Assembly (NCBI RefSeq): GCF_009914755.1
Contig: NC_060946.1
Length of the DNA: 64,000 nt
Reading direction: 5' to 3' (one strand)
Source: the human T2T-CHM13v2.0 reference genome, Homo sapiens
Shown here: one piece after another, positions 53,587 through 64,000 of the stretch
Layout: each line of letters starts with the position of its first letter
How positions within the stretch are numbered: position 1 is the stretch's first letter
Translations under genes and position numbers: made by a program
Notes under the pieces: generated by a model
Database searches by the model: none
The model's input: only the letters and a program-made list of their open reading frames with translations
What the model was told of the DNA's origin: nothing

Positions 53587-56308
53587 CACACATGCAGACA
53601 CATGCTCTCACGTGCAATCACTCAGACACAGCCTCACACCCTCACACCCTCCAGCACACACACGCTCACACATGCTTCTTCACGCCCTCATCCAACCTAC
53701 CGTAGACGAGCTCCTCAGCCCTGGAAGGTTAAATCTGTGTCCAGCCAGCTCTCACACCCCATCTGACTTCACATCAGCTTGTGGCACGGGCCTGGTGGCT
53801 GAGGCAAGGGGTCCCCTACATGGGGATCGGGGGTGTGGGGGGTCCAGAGATGCCCAAAGAAGAAGGAAGCGCTGCCTGTTGTCTCCACTGAGCCCCCACC
53901 CCATTGCTCCAGACATTTCGGTCTGCACGGCTGCTCCTGGCTGCTGGTTTAATTTGGGAGATGCTGTTGACAGGCTTTATTTTGTCCCCGTCAATTGTGT
54001 AGCTTTGAGTTTCTGCAGGGGGTGGGGAGTTCCCTCAGAACCACATATTATCTTGTGCATTGGGCAACAGGGCAAGCAGTGTGAGGTGGTGGGGGAGGTT
54101 CTTCCAGGGGGCTCTGACCTACTTGAAACAATGCCCTCTAATGTGCCTGGTCATTAGGCACCCCCCCGCCCAGCCCTAGCCAGGTGCCCCTCAAGCTTGA
54201 TGGCAGCAAGAGAAGCTTCTTCCAGGCTCCATCCCCACAAATCAAGGCAGGAATGGAGGCAGGTTACTCTGTGACCCCTCAGCCCAGAGGTAGCTGTCCC
54301 TTGTACCAAGTTGTAGTCCCCAGCCTGCCCCCAAGCGATTGCTCAGGTCAAGTTTGCTGGTGAATTATCACCCTCTAAGGTGTGCAGGCAGAGAGAAAGT
54401 GGTTCCTTCTAGGCAGCTGTTGTCTATGTGGAGGACTCAGCGAGCAGAGGAGGAGGGAAATGGAGAGAAGACACACCTGTAAGCCCCTCACAGGTGAAGG
54501 AAAGGAGGCGGCCTGTGGAGCAGAGAAAGAGGAGGTCACTTCTGCCCCAGGGCGCCGTCAGGGAGGCCTCTTAGGACAGGTGACCTGGGCTAGACACAGA
54601 ACATAAAGAGGATATTTGCCTAATGGATGAGAAGAACAAATAGAGAATCTGCCAAGGTCCATGAGTGAAGGCGAGGACTGAATAAGTGAGCCAGAGAATG
54701 TTCTGGAAGCATCTTGAAAACTGCAGAGCACTGTATGCACATGACAGTGATGTGCTGGAGGGCTGCGTGCAGAAACGGATGAGTCTGTTTTGCACTGCGG
54801 TGGGCTGGCAGGTGGGAACCCATAGCCAGGCCTCCAGCACGGGATGGCTTGGAACCTCTGGATGCCAAGCTGGGATAGTGGAGGCCGAAGGCTGCTGAAT
54901 TGCACAGTGACTTTGGCAGGGAGCACACTATGGCTCCTGTCACCTCCAAATGACCTATGAGCTCTCTGTGTTGCAAACAAGTCATCTCTTACCCCTTTGG
55001 GATGTAAGGGATGACTCAGCTTTATGTTCTGTCATCTTTCTAACGGTCCCTAGCCTCACCAAACTGCTGCAAAGGGAACCCCACAGCTGTCCTATTTTTC
55101 ACACCCCAGAGCCTGCACCCTTTCCCCTGCCAGGAGCACCCTTGGTTTCCCTTCTTCACAGGGCCCACCCCTCCTCTTCTGCCCATACCCTGACCCCTGC
55201 CTCCAGCTGGGTGTGAGGCTTCCTCTGGGCTTCCGCAGTCCCCTGGAGTTACCTCATCAGAGCTTGGCTCGCTCTGGGTTTTACCTCTGTCTTCTCCTAG
55301 ACTGGGGGTTCTCGAGGGCAGGGCTTGCAGCTGATCTATATCTGAGGCCACAGCTCCTAGTTGGGGCCTAAGAAATTATTGCTAAATTAGTGAATGAACG
55401 AACAAAGAGACAAGGCAGACATCATTTAACTGATCATTCTTATTGCTCCAGGAAAAAGGAACAATAAGCCAAAGGAGGATTTAAGCCAAATCTTTGGCTA
55501 TTTGACAGGGTCTTGAGAGTGAATCCAACTGCCTACTCCGTCCTGCCCACCTCCACGTCTGTGCCTCGGTGGGGAAGCTGGTCCAACCAGTAGGATGGCA
55601 GTCGTCAGGGGCCCAGAGTGGCTGACCTGGGGCCCTTTGGCTCCCCCTGGTGACGCCTCACACAGGTCTCAGTGGAAGAGGAGGGAAGGAAGCTCCCCTC
55701 TTGCTTCCTTCCAGGTACACCCTCTCGGACCCAACCCCAGCGGCCGACCCCAGTCCTCAGCACTGGGAAAGCCAGAGGCCCTGGACCCGGCAGGTCTGCT
55801 CTCAGACCACACCCTGTAACCTTAGCTAAATCTACTGACATCTCTGTGGGTTCAGGTTCCTCCTCTGTATAGGTGACCTACCTCTTAGAGTTGTCGGGAA
55901 GATTCAACACAGCAGAAATGGTGTGGAAGCTCTCCAAACCTCAGTTTTCTCATCAGTAAAATGAGAGTGATGCTAGCTAGTGTTTTTCACTCACCCGTGG
56001 GGAGGATTCAGTGAGATCTTGTACATAAAGCCCTTAGGACATGCGATGATTATTCTTACTACTACTATCACTACTGCTAGTACTGGTACTGTTACTAATA
56101 GTAGCAGATGGTAGTAATATACAACCAGTTAAGAACACTTCACAATTTAAAAACTTCCTCATGAAGAATTCTCTTGCTTAATAATAGTTGTGGAAGTTCT
56201 TTCAGAAAATAAATTTCTTTGCCAGCATAAAATGTCATTACATAGATGTCAAGCTTCCATATTGATTCCTTTAAATGCTTTTGTCATCCTTTCTGTCTCT
56301 CTGTCTCT

Positions 56309-56619
<311 letters not shown>

Positions 56620-57221
56620 ATCCTTTTTTTTTTTTTTAATTAAAAGTGAAATTGCATAATAGCCTCCTCTGGTTGCACATGTTTTTAGACCTTTGAGGGT
56701 AGACTTTTGCAATCCCTAAATGACCTTCGGCCACACAGGCCCATTTCTTGGCCTGACCTGTCAAGTGAGGGTCTTAGTTCCCAGGAACCCACGTTCCAGA
56801 TTCTGAGACGTCCCACCTGAGTTGTGTCACCCAGCATATTCTGACCTGTTGCTGCTGTCTCCTTCCGGGGGGGTAACAATAGTTGACGTGTGTTGAGCAT
56901 TATATATACCAGACACTCTGCTGAGATGTCCCGGGCGTTATATCTTCTAAGCTTGTGAGCCATCTCTGCTTCACACCTGCAGAGATGGGGACTCAGGCTG
57001 CCTGCCCAGGATCCCAGAGCTAGTAAGTGGCAGAGGTGGGATTTGAACCCAGGTCTGTGTGACCCCCCATGGCACACTCTTAACCATTCTTCTTTAATGA
57101 AACACACTCAGAGACTCAAAGGGCTGAGGGGCGTGGGGGTGGTAGGGCACTCCTGGCTGTAATGCTTCAAGTTTTACTTTTTTAGTTTAGATATTGAGAA
57201 AAGTGGTTTTCACATAGTGGC

Positions 57222-57986
57222 TGACAGTGTTTGAATTTGTGTTCCCACCTCTGCTAGTCTGTTTTCATCCTGCTGATAAAGGCATACCTGAGACTGGGCA
57301 ATTTACAAAAGAAAGAGGTTTAATTGGACTTACAATTCCATGTGGCTGGGGAAGCCTCACAATCATGGTGTAAGGCAAAGAGGAGCAAGTCCCATCTTAC
57401 ATGGATGGCAGCAGGCAAAAAGAGAATGAGGAAGATGCAAAAGCGGAAACCCCTGATAAAACCATCAGATCTCATGAGACTTATTCACTACCATGAGAAC
57501 AACATGGGGGAACTACCCCCATGATTCAATTATCTCCCACTGGGTCCCTCCTGCAACACGTGGGAATTATGGGAGTACGTTTCAAGATGAGATTTGGGTG
57601 GGGACACAGCCAAACCAGATCACCACCCAAATCTCATGTCCAATTGTAATCCCCAATGTGGGAAGAGGAAAGGCCTGACGGGAGGTGATTGGATCATGGG
57701 GGCGGATTTCCCCCTGGCTGTTCTCATGATAGTGAGTGAGTTACCACGAGATCTCCTTGTTTAAAAGTGTGTAGCACCTTCCCCCTTGCACTCTTCCTCC
57801 TGCTCCTACAATGTGAGACGAGCCTGCTTCCCCTTCGCCTTCCGCCATGATTGTAAGTTTCCTGAGGCCTTCCCAGCCATGCTTCCTGTACAGCCTGCAG
57901 AATTGTGAGCCAATTAAACCTCTTTTCTTTATAAATTACCCAGTCTCAGGTAGTTCTTTCTAGCAATGCAAGAACAGACTAATACA
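57222..57986 (+). mobile_element. MSTA-like MaLR solo LTR, split near its 5' end by a THE1 LTR
   Basis: TGacagtgtttgaatttgtgttcccacc | caaatctcatgt ... ccaattaaacctcttttctttataaattacccagtctcagg...gactaataCA; flanks gtggc/gtggt resemble a TSD. Confidence 0.85.
57250..57622 (-). mobile_element. THE1 (B/C-like) MaLR solo LTR nested in inverted orientation
   Basis: Minus strand begins tgatctggtttggctgtgtccccacccaaatctcatcttgaa; perfect 5-bp TSD CCACC at 57245-57249 and 57623-57627. Confidence 0.9.
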
Positions 57987-59773
57987 GTGGTCAAATTGTA
58001 ACAGTTCATAACTCACAGGGTTGGTTTTAGGGATGACTCAGTTTTATGTTTTCTCATCTTTCTAACAGTCCCCAAATCTGTTGGAACCGCCCTTCCACAT
58101 GCCAAGGAGACACAAAAGACGAGACAACACCAAGAAGGACTTCCCGGAGTCTTCCAGCGGGAGCTGGAGGATTAGCTGCTTTTCCCTTGTAGCCACACCA
58201 CGTGGAGCCTTGCAGTGTACCAGGCACACCTCCACCCATTGCCTCATGGCTGCAAGTTCATGGACACATTTACAGGAAAAGCTGCAGATCAATCCTAGAG
58301 ATAGCCCAGCCTATGCTCTTCATTTGACAGCTGGGGAAACTGAGGCCCAGCCTCATAGATCTGCTGTCCCTTGGACACATCCATTTGGAGCCCCCTCAGG
58401 CACCTAAAGTCCACCAAGTGGGCCCTCAGCTCCTCCTGCCCAAGCCTGCTTCTCTCAGGACTCCCAGCTGGGGTTGGAGGATGCCTCTCATCTCCTCTCT
58501 CCACTCCCCACCCCTTGTCAGCACTGTGTTCGTAACCTCTCCTCTCTATCCCCTCGCCCACTGGCACCAGCTCTCACCCACTGAGACTCAAACTCATAAC
58601 ACCAGAGTAGCTAGAGGCAGCTCTCAAAGGGCTTGCCTGACCTCGCCAGTCCCTGCCGCCAGTAGGACAAAATCCACTCAAGACCCTTGGACATGGTGCT
58701 CTGTGGGCCTCTCCATCCTCACCTGCTGTCTGGTAAACTCCCACGCTTCATCTCTACCCCACGCCTCTGAGCCACAGCTCACTCCATTCCCTCTTGTTGT
58801 GATGCCCTTCCCCATCCGCTGCCTCTGGAAGACAGACTCAGGCTCAGCTCAGGGGCCCTGTTTTCGGGCACCAGCCTCTGTGCTGAGCCCCATTTGTGCC
58901 CGGCGTGCCCCTCCACCATGAGCACCGGGAGAGTGTTGAAACCTGGAACCTGTCGGCCTGTCGACGTCTTCCCGCTTAGATCAAAATGTTGTGGTATACC
59001 CAGTGTACAGCTTAGTTAGACATCCTGGGCACCTAGTATCCCTTCCACGTGTCAACCCAAGCCCTCAGAAGTGAACAGGTGACTGGCTGAGCCATTCATT
59101 GTAATCTACCTCCTAGCCATGTAGACAGGGACACACAATGGCGCCACACCAGTGAGATGCCTTCCTTGGGATTCTCTAGGTGGAGCTGGATGTGTGTGTG
59201 GGGTGTCTTCATTCCTGTGTGGGTATGAAGCAGTAAGGGACTGGTGGCCAGAGCTGCCTGTCACTGTGGTCCTACCATTGTGTGGACGGCTTGCCTGGAG
59301 GAATGGATCCGCCAGTCAGAGAGAGGCAGAGAGGAGAGTTGGAGAGGGAAAGAGGAGAGAGAGAGAAAGTAGAGAAGGAGGGGAAAGGAGGAATGCGACA
59401 CTGTTTGAGGCCCTAGTTGAGTCATCTCTTCTGCTCTTAAGACAGTTATGTTGGTTTCTGCCACTTGCAGCCAAAAAAGTCCTGCTCAATCATTGCACGG
59501 AGGGGTGGGGGGGTGGGGGGTGCTTCTGTGAAATAACGCCATTGACAAATAACAGACATGCCAGCCCTTGTCCTAAACACTTCACATATATTACAACCCT
59601 ACTGGCACTAGTTGAGGTAGGTGCTATTATCCCCATTTACAGGTGTGGAAATGTGGCACAGAGAGGTCACACAGCAGAACCAGGAGTCAAACTTAGGTAC
59701 TACGGCTCCAGAGTACATACTCTTTGCCACTCAAACAGGTATAACCATGATAGTCAATAAAAATGCTCCTATT

Positions 59774-60078
<305 letters not shown>

Positions 60079-60496
60079 ATCCTACTCTTTCCTTCCTAAC
60101 AAAAACCCCATGATTTCTTGTTCATATTTTATTTATCCAGCTGTGACAATTCCATGACTATTCCAACAAGAGTAAGAAGTGGAGTTCCTTGACTACTTAT
60201 GAAATGAATGGTTGAATGAATGAATGGGAAGTGTTGCCCTGGGTCACCCAGCCAGTCACCACTGGGATTAGAAGGAGCTGTGGGCTCCCAATTCCTTGTC
60301 CAGGGCTCTTCCATCCTCCTTCTGTCCTGCAGTCTCAGATGCTCCATCTAACCATCTAAGACTTAGATGAAGAGGTGAAGAGGAAGGGCAGGAACCTGGC
60401 AGATCAGAACACAGATGCAAGCTTTGCCGCTTACTGTGTGGCCTTGGGCAAACCACCGTGCCTCTCTGTATACTCATCTGTAAAACTGAGCTAAGC

Positions 60497-60891
<395 letters not shown>

Positions 60892-61473
60892 TCATTCAAA
60901 AGATGCTCTGTGCAGACACTCTTCTGGGTTGGGGATACAGCAGTGAGGGGGCCAAACAGGATTCCTGCATTCATGGGGCTTACAGTCCAGCTGGGCACAG
61001 CAGACAGACAAACAAGCCAGCAAGAAACAAACCAGAAACAAGACAAGCCTAAGTCAGTGATCAGGGCTTTGCAGAGAACTGAAGTAGGCTGGTGCGATCC
61101 AGCACAGAGGTGTGGTGGGACAGGGGCCATCATCCAAGGTCACTCCCAGGAGCTGACACTTGTACCAGACCTGAAAATCAAACAGAGCCCGCATGCCGAG
61201 AGTGGCTGGAAGGCTGCCTCGAGGAGTTACAGACTTGATCTTCAAAATTATCTTAGCATCTTTCCTTTTTCTAAAAAAAAAAAAAATGGTACAGTGGAGC
61301 TTACAACAAACCCCCTCTACCAGGAAGACGGTGCTGCCAACATTATTTAAACAGCATGGAGGGGAGCAGAGCAGGGGGTGTGGGTGAGTGAGTATAGTGT
61401 GTTTTGAAGCAGGCCCAAGGTGCTCTCACCCAGTTTCCCCTGCAAATGCTGATTTGTGCAACGACACCTTTTA

Positions 61474-64000
<2,527 letters not shown>

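Overview
Human-type (Alu-rich primate) genomic DNA carrying the 5' part of SCUBE1 (signal peptide-CUB-EGF domain protein 1) on the minus strand. It has a CpG-island promoter near 52.4 kb and coding exons 1-4 (52210-52297, 48147-48278, 28980-29108, 69-203), all with GT-AG junctions and phase-1 introns. These exons encode the signal peptide and the first three calcium-binding EGF modules; the gene continues off the left edge. The rest is intron (3.9, 19.0 and 28.8 kb) and about 11.6 kb of upstream DNA, filled with Alu, MIR, L1M, L2 and MaLR LTR remnants, two minisatellites and several microsatellites. The most unusual signal is a set of four short locally copied segments (44-326 bp, about 87-93% identical to a partner 1-17 kb away). 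One is a 326-bp ungapped inverted copy that brackets the in-frame-skippable exon 3. Other notable items are an intronic cluster of perfect ETS motifs near exon 3, a nested inverted MaLR LTR pair upstream with a DUX4-type motif, and a mutually complementary (ATC)n/(GAT)n tract pair. Repeat subfamily names are from recall of consensus sequences, and repeat boundaries are approximate. All identities were counted by hand.
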